Positions 1-12,637 of a DNA stretch of 64,000 bases are shown here, in pieces. The DNA is from Octopus bimaculoides. Lineage: Eukaryota. Under the pieces are notes generated by a model. It ran no database searches. It was not told the origin of the DNA and saw nothing but the letters and a program-made list of their open reading frames with translations. The position numbers and the translations under genes were made by a program. The DNA lies in contig NC_068981.1 in the NCBI RefSeq assembly GCF_001194135.2, forward strand, positions 134,088,183 to 134,152,182, read 5' to 3'. Every line of letters starts with the position of its first letter. Position 1 is the first letter of the stretch.

Positions 1-2
1 AA

Positions 3-268
3 GTATACTGCAGCCAACTGGACCAAATTATGCAGAAACTTACAAAAAAACAGCCTGGATTAGTCAACAGATCCACTCATATTTTATTGCAATTAATGCC
101 AGACACCACATCGCAAAAATAACATTGGCAAAACTACAGGAGTTGGAGTTGGAAGTTCTCCATCATCCACCATACTCACCTGACCTTGCCCCCCACTGAC
201 TACCATTTCTTCCAGAATTTGGATAACTTTTTGACAGGAAAAAAATTTAATTCTGATGACACTGTCAC
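3..268 (+). mobile_element. mariner (DD34D-type) transposase catalytic-domain relic, truncated by the window start
   Basis: Frame 3 gives VYCSQLDQIMQKL..QPGLVNRSTHILLQ. After a 1-nt shift at about 93, frame 2 gives NARHHIAKITLAKLQELELEVLHHPPYSPDLAPTDYHFFQNLDNFLTGKKF, matching the mariner (H/Q)DNARPH and HPPYSPDLAPSDY motifs. Confidence 0.92.
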
Positions 269-509
269 CTTTGCATGATATATATATTTGTGTGTGCATG
301 TGTGTGTGTGTGCATGTGTGTGTGTGCATGTGTGTATGTGCATGTGTGTGTGCATGTGCATATATGTGCATGTACTGCAGTTAATCAAAATCTAGAAGTG
401 AGAGTAAATAAGATTTACATCCTTATATTTACAGCTGTTTCATAACTCGCTTTCAGTTACATCATCAATTCTGATTTAAAGGTGAGTATACATTGAGGAA
501 CGCAGTAAT

Positions 510-1082
510 ACTGACATGAAGCACAACTTCTCTTGGACTTGTGACCACTACATTACATCACATTTTGAAGGCTATGTATTTTCAGTTCAAGAACAGGAAA
601 TTGCTACAAAATACCTAATTAACAAAAGAGACAGTGAAGCCCTTGGAGCTCCAAGATGCAACTGAAAATAAGGATTGTGTCGTATTTCTGCAGAAGATAT
701 CACACATGTGATCAGTAGCTATCCAAAAATGTAATCAAGGTACTACTTCCCTTTGCAACACAACATTGTCTCAAAAACAACATGCAATACCATTTGGAAA
801 AAAAAAAGCATGTCATGGAATAAATATATACACTAACATCAACACAAGGAATATTGGTGGAACATTCCGATCAAAACATCTGTCAAGTGCAAATATAACA
901 GACCAGATATTGTTGTTTGGGACAGACAAAAAAATGTATGTACCATCATAGAGGTCAGCTATTCTGATGATGTGACTATCTGTTTGAAAATCAAAGAGAA
1001 AGAGGATAACTACAGACAACTGCTTCAAAACCTCCAGCTTCTATATCCAGATTATAAATTCACATTTATATCAATAATAATT
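510..1082 (+). mobile_element. non-LTR retrotransposon relic with restriction-like endonuclease (R4/Dong/NeSL-like), zinc-knuckle and RLE region
   Basis: Translates to SHFEGYVFSVQEQEIATKYL..EDITHVISS..SRYYFPLQHNIVSK (degenerate CCHC region) and KEYWWNIPIKTSVKCKYNRPDIVVWDRQKNVCTIIEVSYSDDV..KEKEDNYRQL..LYPDYKF (RPD..EV..K nuclease motif), with in-frame stops. Homologous to 47610-48450. Confidence 0.85.
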
Positions 1083-1862
<780 letters not shown>

Positions 1863-2425
1863 TGTAGTATTAAATGATTGAGATCCTTAAAGTAAGATAG
1901 GGGGTAGCAATAGTAATTTAACTCTAGGTCTGTTCTGATAGAGTGGGCTTCTATGATGAAAAACATTCTGACTAAGATCATTTGTCATTTTTTTTTTGCA
2001 TTAGGGGTCTACATTTTCCAATGCATCCTTCTTTATTTAAGATGTTAGGGTAGGATTTGAGGGCTCTATGGCTGTTATATTTAATCGGTTGAATGACTAC
2101 TTAGAGGTCCATTCATTGTGAACTAATGTATCTTTAAAGTCATTTTTATGTATGTCATGACATTTTCATGTTCACTGGGTAAGACAGCTATATATTTAAA
2201 CAATAGACTTTTCTATGGCTATCTTGGTGATTCTGTTGCTCATAGAGTAATTTATGTCATTTCTGAATCATCGTTTATCACCCAGTGTTTTGTTTCCTAG
2301 TTTCTAACTGATACATCTATCTAATGGTGTTTTTATTTAATTTCAACTGGATCCTTTATGTTCAATAGAAGAGTCCAGTCAGAAAGTTTGATCAGCTCAT
2401 TCACCATAGGGGTGTAATATTTTAA

Positions 2426-2646
2426 CTTTTTAGCATTCAGATTGTCCTGTCAAAAAATAATACTTATTAATTCATATTGTTTTCTTTTAATCAAGCATTA
2501 TTTTATTGTTTCAAGATTCTGATGATGTGATTGCTTATTTTTAGACTGATATTGTAGGGTAGATGTGAGAGGCCAGATCTAGCCACATTGAACATAAAAC
2601 ATGTAGAATTATTTGGCCAGATATGGCCAGTTTAAATTCTAAAGGG
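2426..2646 (+). mobile_element. piggyBac-type MITE (TTAA target), degenerate copy
   Basis: TTAA at 2422-2425, then ctttttagcatt ... aattctaaaggg, then CTAA at 2647-2650. Same family as 21391-21609 and 46125-46343. Confidence 0.7.
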
Positions 2647-2989
2647 CTAAACCTTGTCATTTGTTTGAGAGTGAGGAAAGGAAGCAAAAACTGGTGTTGT
2701 TGCAACAACACAACCTTTTTCCTTCCTTTCCCATACTTTCAGATGAAGGGCAGAGTCTGAAACTCTTTACATTTCACTATTCTGTCTTCTTGTGTTTTTA
2801 TTCTATGTACTGTACATGTACTTTTGGCTTTCATGGCTGTCTTTCTTTATTTGATTTATTGCTGCTTTCTGTCCCATCTATCTTCTTTTTCTGACAAGTT
2901 GTAGTGCACCTGAACTCTGTATACAATAAGTGATGGGAAGCAGGAAGCTGAACTGGATGCTTGAGTTGCAGATGCTGGCACAATAATGG

Positions 2990-3201
2990 TTTCAAAATTT
3001 GGCACCAGGTCAGCAATTTCAGGGGATGAGTTAAGTCAATAATATCGACCCAAGTGTTCAAATAGTATTTTATTTTATCGATTCTGAAAGGATGAAAGGC
3101 AAAGTCAACCTCAGGGACATTTGAACTCAGAATGCAAAATCAAAATAAATGCTGCTAATCCTTTTTCCTAGTATGGTAACAATTCTGCCTGCTTGACACC
3201 T
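2990..3201 (-). mobile_element. tRNA-derived SINE family B, degenerate
   Basis: Carries the family signature ggatgaaaggcaaagtcaacc..atttgaactcagaa, whose reverse complement contains the B-box GAGTTCAAAT. Confidence 0.65.
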
Positions 3202-3267
3202 TATGGTGCTGGCACAATAAAGCACCAGCTCCAGCATTCGATCCTCAGAAGAAAGATAGTTGGTAAA

Positions 3268-3733
3268 AAAATCAAACTTGCCACCTTCAATTCGGTTTTC
3301 ATGTCTCTCCTCGCTTGTGGTAATGAATGCTGGGTAATGACAAAAAGAAGGTGATTGCAAATGCAAGTGACCAAAATGGGGTTCCTCTGAAGGATTTCTG
3401 GAGTAATGTTACTTGACAGGATGAGTATCTCAGAGATCAGGGAGTTTATCCAAGTCTCTGCACTGAGAGGTCATAGGTACTGTTCTACAGACATGATTAG
3501 AATATCACAGGGAAGAATCCCAGGACAGATTCTTCAATCTGAGACATCTGGAAGGAGACCTCAGAGTAGACCAAGAATAAGATGGTAGCATGATATTCAT
3601 AGTCTTAGGTGGTCATGCTTGGGAATCCAGCTAGAAAGTCTTATGATGGTTGTTTCTGATAGGACTCTATGGAGGAGAAGCCTGAGGACTCTACTGCCAC
3701 AACCCTCTTAGAAATAATGGGTGAAGAAGATGA
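3268..3733 (+). mobile_element. RTE-clade LINE 3' fragment (Rex3/Expander-like RT C-terminus)
   Basis: KIKLATFNSVFMSLLACGNECWVMT..LQMQVTKMGFL*RISGVMLLDRMSISEIREFIQV..GRRPQSRPRIRW..LRWSCLGI..VSDRTLWRRSLRTLLPQP, the typical RTE thumb/C-terminal pattern. Confidence 0.85.
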
Positions 3734-5023
3734 ATTATTATTACTAGCAAATCTACCCATCTACGATGGAGGCATAAAATGAAGGAGGGAAGTCATAACA
3801 GCAGTATGTATTAAGAAATGTGTAAATGGACTTGATAGATTACAGGGTGATGTCTTAGAGAAATCACACTATTGTTGGTGATGCAATATTCTATTGCAGC
3901 TATATGACATCTTTGCGACTAATTGATGTGATGACAATTCACTCCCAAACTGAAATAAGCTCCCAGCCTCTGTTTCATGAATGGTTATGTGCACCACTCC
4001 TAATGAAATCTAGAGCTTCCTTCAACCACCACATAAAAAGTAATAAGGAAAAAATGTTAGATATACTTTTATTTTAGTTGTTTACACTATTTTACTTGTT
4101 TATACTCTTATACATTCAAAGTTCACAAATTTCCTTATTTAAATTATGTATCATATTCCTTTCGATAACATTGGTATGATTACAAAACTTTTTGCAGACG
4201 ATATTTTCTGTTTGGTCGACACTAATTTTCAAATTACTGGAGTTCGTTGCTCTACTCATAGCGATGTATAACTGGCTGTGTGTAAACATCGGAGTGGGTA
4301 AAAATACACCTACACGATCTAAAGTCTAGCTCTATGCTTTGTTTGCCGTGAATGCATGAGGGGAATCTTTAGGGATGCAAAAAATCAAACTAAGACTTAC
4401 CTCTCACTGTTCTATGTGAATAATATCTGGATGTTCGGGTACCATGGGTTATTTTGATTGACAAAACTGAGATGTAAACAACAGCTGCTTCGATTAGCTG
4501 TTTTGAGTCCTGCTCAAGGCTGACACACTTCAATAACCACTAAATAATCACACACACTATATACTGATACACACTTTTTCCATTTTATTTTCACTATTAA
4601 CCATCCTCACAACCCCTTCTGTCTCTACTATGAGGCCATGAACTATACGATGAAAATCCTGAGTTATTTGTGGTCGGTGAATTTTTGATAAAAATGTAAA
4701 GGTGGTTTATCAATTCAAAAATTGATATCGGTAAATTTTTTGTGTAACACCTGCACGATTTTCCCTAAGAAAAAAAAAACTCAGATTTTTTGCATGGAAT
4801 CAAGTACCCTGACCTCCTAATATGCTGCAAATCCCTTGTTTTGGTTTGGAAAAAAAGTGGGGTGGGGCGAGGGGGATACCCCCCCATCCCGGAATCATTG
4901 GAAATTATTATTCTTTTTCGTTGAATGAATTCCTGTGACCTCCTAATATGCTGCAACCCCTTTTTGGGGTCCGAAAAATGAGGTGAGGTGAGGTAGAATC
5001 CTCGGAAATATATATATATATAT

Positions 5024-5183
5024 GAGGCAGGCTTCTTTTCAGTTTCTGTCTACCCAATCCATCCACAAGGCTTTGGTCGGCCCAAGGCTATAGTAGAAGA
5101 CACTTGCCCAAGGTGCTATGCAGTAGGACTGAACTCAGAACCATGTTATTGGTAAGCAAGCTACTTACCACACAGCCACTCCT
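5024..5183 (-). mobile_element. SINE family A, 5' half (tRNA head plus CORE-like segment)
   Basis: Reverse complement contains TGGCTGTGTGG (A-box), GAGTTCAGTCC (B-box) and CCTTGGGCAAGTGTCTT. Further 5'-half copies lie at about 7548-7705, 12740-12880, 20438-20605, 22450-22605, 27268-27430, 28310-28460 and 47015-47058. Confidence 0.8.
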
Positions 5184-5804
5184 CTTCAAACTATTTAATG
5201 AGTCAAGAGAAGAATGTTAATGACATTCTTATTTGTGACCTTGTAATATTTAATCATAAATTCATATTCTTCATAACATTAATTCTGTTAATTGTGATAG
5301 ACTGATTAACCAGTCTATCACAATAATTCATTTCTGAGCAACATATGTGCTGAGAAGAAAACATTCTACATGCTAAACTTCTCATTATTATTATTATTAT
5401 TATTGTTGTTGTTGTTGTTGTTGTTATTAGTGTTATTCAGATATAAATTTAATTGTAATGATTTATATAAAACCCTAAAAATGAATCATTGACTTTGCCT
5501 GAGGTGAGTTAATATTTTTCAGGAGGGCATTAATAATACGCATTAATACACAAAAATTTATGGAATATCATGCTGTATAAATCTTAGATGTTCCTGTATT
5601 TATCTTTACTTTTATCATTTACTTGTTTCACTCATTACACTGTGGCCATGCTGGGGTACCACCTGAAAGAATTTTAACTGAACAAATCAACGCCATTACT
5701 TATGTTTTAAAACTTGGTACTTATTTTATCAGTTTATTTTGCCAAACTGTTAAGTTACAGGTTGTCAAGTGGTCGTAGAGGACAAACACACACACATACA
5801 CACA

Positions 5805-5843
<39 letters not shown>

Positions 5844-5868
5844 ACACATACATACATTTATATACACA

Positions 5869-6085
5869 TGAGGAGGTGCTGAAAGGTTTTTGGCTTTAAT
5901 GGTGTCATGAAAGGCCTGGCTGGAAGCCTAAACTTCCAAGCTGTTTTACAGCACTAAGAAAAACTGAAGGACCACTGCAATAAATGTGTGAATCTGAGAG
6001 GGGAATGTGTTGAATAAAATCATAATTAACTGAGTCTCCTGTATTTTCTTTTACCCAGAGCCAGGAACTTTTCAGCATCCCCTCA
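5869..6085 (+). mobile_element. mariner MITE (internal-deletion derivative)
   Basis: About 30-bp imperfect TIRs (tgaggaggtgctgaaaggtttttggcttt / agagccaggaacttttcagcatcccctca) and an internal EKLKDHCNKCVNLRGECVE* that matches a mariner C-terminus. A smaller relative lies at about 56058-56168. Confidence 0.8.
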
Positions 6086-6111
6086 TGTGTGTGTGTGCAT
6101 ATATACATATT

Positions 6112-6493
6112 TTGTTGTTGGCACTCTGTCGCTTACGACGTCGAGGGTTCCAGTTGATCCGATCAACAGAACAGCCTGCTCGTGAAATTAACGTGCAAGT
6201 GGCTGAGCACTCCACAGACAAGTGTACCCTTAATGTAGTTCTCAGGGAGATTTAGCGTGACATAGTGTGACAAAGCTGACCCTTTCAACTACAGGCACAA
6301 CAGAAACAGGAAGTAAGAGTGAGAGAAAGTTGTGGTGAAAGAGTACAGCAGGGTTCGCCACCATCCCCTGCCAATAATCTGTGCAGATTTAGGTGTTTTC
6401 GTTCAATAAACACTCACAACGCCTGGTCTGGGAATCGAAACCGTGATCCTATGACCGCGAGTCCGCTGCTCTAACCACTGGGCCATTGCGCCT
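6112..6493 (-). mobile_element. tRNA-derived SINE family C, near full length
   Basis: Minus strand begins aggcgcaaTGGCCCAGTGGttagagcagcggactcgcggtcataggatcacgGTTTCGATTCCcag (A- and B-boxes) and ends in a (CAA)n tail. Second copy at 32053-32362. Confidence 0.85.
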
Positions 6494-6521
6494 TCACATA
6501 TACATATATACATATATATAA

Positions 6522-6556
<35 letters not shown>

Positions 6557-7440
6557 AGGTGTTTCAAAATATTTGATATAATTTTAGATGTAAATATCAC
6601 AAACTACAGAGTCAAAGCACATGAAACTAAACAGGCTTAATGTTGAGCAACATAAGATTTATTCCTCCAAATTTGAATGAGAAATTCAAAGGTATGTGGA
6701 TTCCATGAATGATTTCACAAATGTTCAGTATGTGCACTGCCTGAGACATGGCACACATCAAGTCGGTAGTCCAGCTCCTCCCAAACACGCTGCAACATGT
6801 CTTGGGTAACAGTCTCCTGTGCAGTAGTGATTCTCTGCTCGAGTTCCTTTAGGTTTGCAGGAAGAGGGTGGACATAGACCAGGCCCTTCATATAGCCCCA
6901 TGTTTGCACTTTCACTTGTCATCTGCTGTAACGGCCTGAACGAGCTGCAGCTTGTAGGGTTTCATTAGCAAGCGTTTCCTCAGGACATGCTAAACTATCA
7001 TTGGAGGAATCTGGGTTTCCAGACTTGTTCTTCTTGTGGACTTCATGGGGCTTCGCAAAAGTTTTTGGCGAACCCACTCAACTGTCTCTTCTGATGTTAG
7101 TGGTCATCCAGATCCTTTTGCACAGCACAGACAGCCTTCCTCTTTTAATTTTTTTGTGCTGTGTCCAAATCTGCATTGCCATTAGTGACTTTTTAGAGAA
7201 CTCTCTTACAAATGCACGCTGCACAGTCCTATTCGACTGTGTTCGAGCATACTCCAACACACAAAACGCCTTTTCTCTTCCAGTGAATGCCATTTCTATA
7301 CCTGAAAAGATAAATATATCAAACATTAAACATAAAATTTTGACCTGTTTCTACACATGCTGTTAAAGTTTGAGGTCACTTGAATAAGAAATGGCAAAGT
7401 TATTAGATTGTGAAATAATATCAGATTTTTTTATATACCC

Positions 7441-7442
<2 letters not shown>
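6557..7442 (-). mobile_element. non-autonomous Tc1/mariner-superfamily element with the catalytic core deleted
   Basis: TA at both ends (6555-6556, 7443-7444) and degenerate TIRs (21/28 match). N-terminus EKAFCVLEYARTQSNRTVQRAFVREF..RKRLLMKPYKLQL is joined at about 6902 directly to the C-terminus WGYMKGLVYVHPLPANLKELEQRITTA..LQRVWEELDYRLDVC..GSAHTEHL. Confidence 0.9.
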
Positions 7443-7485
<43 letters not shown>

Positions 7486-7495
7486 NNNNNNNNNN

Positions 7496-7537
<42 letters not shown>

Positions 7538-8319
7538 TGTACATACACAATGGGCTTCTTTCAGTTTCTGGCTACCAAATCCACTCACAAAGCTTTGGTT
7601 AGCTTGAGACTGTAGTAGAAGATGCCTAAGGTTCCACACAGTAGGACTGAACCCAGAACCATGTGAGTTGAAGCAAACTTCTTACCACATACCCAAGCTT
7701 GCACCATGGGGAGATATATTTAATGATTTTAGCATTATAAAATCTCCTAGTTGTTCACCACCTAGTTACCTTCCATTGTTGTAGTTGTTCTTGTTGTAAT
7801 AGTTGTTGTAGTTGTGATATTTTTTCTTTATCTTATGGTCAGGAAGGAAGGCACGGTCCATGACCTTTTACTGGGTCTCTAAGACAGGTTGGATGGAAGC
7901 AGGGAGGAAGGTATCATCAAACCAGAGACTTGGTTTGAGCACTTACAACAGAGTGGATTCCATGAAAGGCATCCAAGGGCCAGATGGTGGTGTTGAATCG
8001 CCTTGTTGTACTGGGTACTTGTAGTAATCGTTATTATAATTGCTGAGGAAAAAAAAAATGGGTATCATGTACCATCAAAAGTGATAGTTATATCATATCA
8101 GTTTATTGCAATGTTCATTTTTCTCTGATGGTAACAACACATTCTGATCTTTTAAATATACTATCTACATAAAAATATGAAAGATTCAATGTTTTCAAAT
8201 TGTGCACCATGGTCACTATATGGACAAAGAAAACTATGAAAACTACTGTAATCCATAATTTCAAAAGATCACTCTAAAATATCTTCATCGTCACCACCAC
8301 CACTCCCATCATCATAATC

Positions 8320-8760
8320 ATCATCATCATCATCATCATCATCGTTGTCATCATTTAACATCCATCTTCCATGCTGGCATGGATTGGACAGTTTGTCAGG
8401 GCCCAATGAGCCAGAGGACTGCGCCAAGCTCCAGTTTTTGATTTGATGTGGTTTCTATAGTTCAGTGCTCCACAACTGGTATGCTGCAACACACTGGTGT
8501 ACCACGAGATGATGCTAGGTGTGCCACAGTGTAACCTGAATGTAATTATTTTCCCAATACTTTTAGTTATATTTCTTAGTTCAGGTGTGCTACCAAATTT
8601 TGAAAAGAATATAAGTGTACCACAAGTGAAAAAAGGTTGCAGAGCACTACTATAGCTGAATGCTCTTTCTAACACCAACCACTTACTTCACACAGTGCAC
8701 TATTCTGGGTGCTTTTTACATGACACTGGCATTAGAGAGGTCACTAAGTAACTTAAAAGA
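8320..8760 (-). mobile_element. RTE-type LINE 3' tail ending in (GAT)n, interrupted by a hAT MITE
   Basis: (CAT)n-tttaacatcc..ccatgctggcatgg matches the RTE tails at 23782 and 58291, and the match resumes after the MITE (gctgaatgctctttctaacaccaaccac). Confidence 0.65.
8463..8649. mobile_element. hAT-superfamily MITE
   Basis: 14-bp TIRs (cagtgctccacaac / gttgcagagcacta, 11/14) and 8-bp TSD ctatagtt (8455-8462) / ctatagct (8650-8657). Confidence 0.8.
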
Positions 8761-9769
8761 AATTGTAAATTAGTGAAGTTGTTTCATTTACTTTTTATAA
8801 TAAATAATAAGCTGTTCTAATACAAGTCAGCACACATGTGCTCAAGTCTCTTGTGATCTCCCATAATTCTGCTGTTAGTAATTAATGCAACAATACAAGA
8901 TAATTACAAGATGTCTAATACTACAGTGATTTTTATAATATGCTCAAAGGCATAAGCATTGTAAATGTATGAAATTATAAATTGAAACTAGAGCATGGAA
9001 TTAACTTGCCACAACCTTGTTGTTATTCCATAGTGAATGTCACATATTTTAACATCTGGCCACCAATAAGTAATTAATATTCAGTTTGAATCAACATTTT
9101 TCACTTACAACCAAATATATTTGCATATTGAGAACTTAGTATTGGCCCATGATACTTGCAATTAATAAGTGCATCACACTTAATAGCCACAATAATTATT
9201 TGAATTTCATAATTAATTGAAGTGTTAGCCCTGTGTTCTGTTTAAGAAAGACTAATGTATAAATGCAAATTATGATGAACTAGAATGTTGCCTGTCATAT
9301 GAACGGTGACTTTGGAAGTATACTTTTGTCACCATGGATAATATCAGGAAATATGGCATACGCACAATAATTATAATTTAACTTTTATGACATTTCTAGG
9401 ATCTTATATAAAATGATGACCTGACTACTAAAAGATTTGAAAGAAAAATATTTGTTATCTTAAAATAAAATTAAGTAAAACAAATTTCTCTCACTACTAC
9501 TCCCCTCACTACTATTCTCTCATTTTCTCCTCCTCCTTCTTCCTAATCCTCTTCCTCCTCTTCCACCTCCTGTTCATCTTCCACTTCCTCTTCTTCTTCT
9601 TCCTCCTCCTCCACCTCCTCTTCTTTCACATGTGATCTCTGTAATCTGCAAAATTTACACGTGACATATTAACGTTACAAGTATTCGGTATTCATATACA
9701 TACATACATATGCACACACTCACACACACACACACACACACACACACATCATCATCATCATCATCCTCA

Positions 9770-9980
9770 TCATTATTGTCTTAAAGTCCACTTTTCCATG
9801 CTTAGTTTATTGAGGCAGATTTTCTGCAGACAGATGTCCTTCCTGTCACCAACCTTTATCTGTTCTGAAGCAAGGTAATATTTACCCATAGCCAAGCATG
9901 TTTTTGCAGAATACTGAAAATGAATAGTGCTACTTCTATGACATTGACACTCATTCACAACTATCACATGATTTCAAGAA
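9770..9980 (-). mobile_element. retroposon family D with an RTE-like tail
   Basis: Similar sequence recurs at about 33040-33260 (-), 36560-36780 (+), 38490-38720 (+) and 61215-61365 (+), each ending ..catggaaaagtgga..(GAT)n or a variant. Confidence 0.55.
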
Positions 9981-10056
9981 TAGGCAGTGCAAACACATAC
10001 ATGCATGCATATGTATGTATGTATTGGGTTACACCATAAATAATGCAGCTTTTTTC

Positions 10057-10553
10057 NNNNNNNNNNNNNNNNNNNNNNNNNNNNNNNNNNNNNNNNNNNN
10101 NNNNNNNNNNNNNNNNNNNNNNNNNNNNNNNNNNNNNNNNNNNNNNNNNNNNNNNNNNNNNNNNNNNNNNNNNNNNNNNNNNNNNNNNNNNNNNNNNNNN
10201 NNNNNNNNNNNNNNNNNNNNNNNNNNNNNNNNNNNNNNNNNNNNNNNNNNNNNNNNNNNNNNNNNNNNNNNNNNNNNNNNNNNNNNNNNNNNNNNNNNNN
10301 NNNNNNNNNNNNNNNNNNNNNNNNNNNNNNNNNNNNNNNNNNNNNNNNNNNNNNNNNNNNNNNNNNNNNNNNNNNNNNNNNNNNNNNNNNNNNNNNNNNN
10401 NNNNNNNNNNNNNNNNNNNNNNNNNNNNNNNNNNNNNNNNNNNNNNNNNNNNNNNNNNNNNNNNNNNNNNNNNNNNNNNNNNNNNNNNNNNNNNNNNNNN
10501 NNNNNNNNNNNNNNNNNNNNNNNNNNNNNNNNNNNNNNNNNNNNNNNNNNNNN
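10057..10553. other. assembly gap (representative)
   Basis: N-runs here and at about 7486, 14325, 15076, 19480, 26338, 34421, 37183, 40148 and 53945. Almost all sit next to microsatellites, as expected for a short-read scaffold. Confidence 0.98.
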
Positions 10554-10561
10554 GAATGCAG

Positions 10562-10607
<46 letters not shown>

Positions 10608-10609
<2 letters not shown>

Positions 10610-10893
10610 GACAGGCTTCTTTCAGTTTCCGTCTACCAAATCCACTCCCAAGGCTTTGGTCAGCCCAAGGCTATAATAGAAGACACTTGCCCAAGATGCT
10701 ACGCAATGGGAATGAACCCGGAACCATGTGGTTGGTAAGCAAACTACTTACCACACAGCCACTTCTGCGCTTACTTCACTCCCAAGGCTTTGGTTGGCAC
10801 AAAGCTATAGTATCCAAGGTGCTACTCAGTGTGACTGAACCGCAAATCATGTGGTTGGGAAGCAAGCTTCTTACCACACAGCCATGACTGTGC
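10608..10893 (-). mobile_element. two tandem SINE family A 5' halves
   Basis: gacaggcttctttc..ccacacagcc occurs at 10608-10775, and a second partial unit follows at 10776-10893. Confidence 0.8.
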
Positions 10894-11659
10894 TTATATA
10901 CATAATATATATAAATATAAAAGGAGAAAAAGAGAGAGAGATGTCATGTGTTTGTATGAGTGTGTATACACATGCCTGCGTGTCTGTATGCATACGTGTC
11001 TGTCTAACATACAAAAGAATGAAAATGATTTCTGAGCATAAAAACAATTTTTCTACCAAATTCTTATTCATGGTTACCTGAAAGTTAAAAATTACTTAAG
11101 TTGTTTCATAGTTAAGTATGTTGAGGCAAGTAATAATTTTTTGGCTGTTGCTACAAATTTATACCTAAAATTATCATCTGCAGCACATCCTTGAAATATT
11201 TTCTTTCACAAACACTGAACTTCAAGTTCTTGGCTTCCAAACTTGCATATATGTACAGTGGTAGACTTTGCCATATTCAGAAACCAAAAATATCTTTCAA
11301 CCTTTTAAACATAATTGACCTTTCTCACCCTACTTCACTTTAAGCTCTCCTATCCACTCAGACTTGTTCAAGTTGCTTTTATAACACTGCCCTTCTTTCT
11401 ATAAATATATATATATGGCATAATATTTTCTATGTATATTTATATAAATATGATTGTAGATGTGTAATTGCTGAGTGTGTACAACATCAATTCTCAAACA
11501 GTGCTCTGCATCACACTGGGATGCTACCACAGGGGTCAAAGTGCATCACAGATTTAAAAAAAAATTTAATTTAAGGTTTAAGAAAATCCATGCTAATATG
11601 CCTCTTAAGAAATATTTTGTTTTCTATAATTTTCTTATGTACAAGTATGAATAATTCTT

Positions 11660-11870
11660 TCTAACTTTGGCACATGACAGATATTTTAAGAGGAGGGGAA
11701 AGTTAATTATGTCAACCTCAGCATTTGACTGGCACTTTATGTTATCGACCCTGAAAGGATGAAAATCAAAGTTAGACTCAGCAGAATTTGCACACAGAAC
11801 ATAAAGAACCAGAAGAAATGCTGCTTAGCATTTTATCCAACATGCTAATAATTCTTCCAGCTGGCTGTCT
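11660..11870 (-). mobile_element. SINE family B, degenerate
   Basis: ttatcgaccctgaaaggatgaaaatcaaagtt..gaatttg signature. Confidence 0.6.
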
Positions 11871-12233
11871 TAGATACAAATATGATCATAAAACAAGGCA
11901 TGCAATTATTTTCTATATTTTAACCTAAATTTTAAGGTTTAAAACATAGATTCATTTTTAACTTTCCAACTGAAACGCACCAATAGTTCTTGTTCTTTTT
12001 TTAACCTACAGTACATTATAAAGTGAAAAACATTGAGAACCACTCTTATAAGGTACTGAACAACTATTTCATGCAGTCTTTGGTTTAAATCCATGTCAGG
12101 TTTCATTGCATGTTTAACTCTCACACTCTCATCTGTTTCTAAATCTCCAAGTATTGCGCAAAGTTAATGTAAAGACATACATATACAAATGCATATATAT
12201 ATGTATGTGTGTGTGTTTGTACATGTATATATG

Positions 12234-12303
<70 letters not shown>

Positions 12304-12600
12304 TACATATATATATATATAAGACAAGAAATAATTTTTGCCTCTTTTTATGGAAACAAAAAGGGTTTATAGGACTGCAAGAAAGAAGTGCTCAAAGGAA
12401 ATTGAGACAGAGACAAAAAAAACATTGATTAGAGAACAAACATGAAATTCAGATCAACAACTTTATATAACACCATGCTTCCATACATTTCATCGTGTGT
12501 GTGTGTGTGTGTGTGTGTGCGCGTGCGTGCGTGTGTGAATTATTTATATATAAAAAAAAAAACAACGTATTAATAAGATGCTCAGAAAAGGAAAAAAGGG

Positions 12601-12637
12601 TGTTTTATGTTTCGAGCAAAGCTCTTCTTCAGAAACA
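12601..12637 (-). ncRNA. minimal type I hammerhead motif with an extra A after the core
   Basis: Minus strand: tgttt-CTGAAGA-a-gagc-ttt-gctc-GAAAC-aTA-aaaca. Stem I (5 bp) and stem II (4 bp) pair perfectly; G16.2 reads A, consistent with CpG decay of GAAACGTA. Confidence 0.65.

Noticed and set aside
1990-2420. Possible LINE coding relic (also 13400-13800 and 29220-29870)
   Set aside because: The composition suggests decayed TE ORFs, but no diagnostic motif was recoverable by eye in any frame.
6425-6493. tRNA gene candidates (also 41090-41165 and 32290-32362)
   Set aside because: A- and B-boxes are present, but there is no acceptor stem, and each continues into a repeated SINE body.
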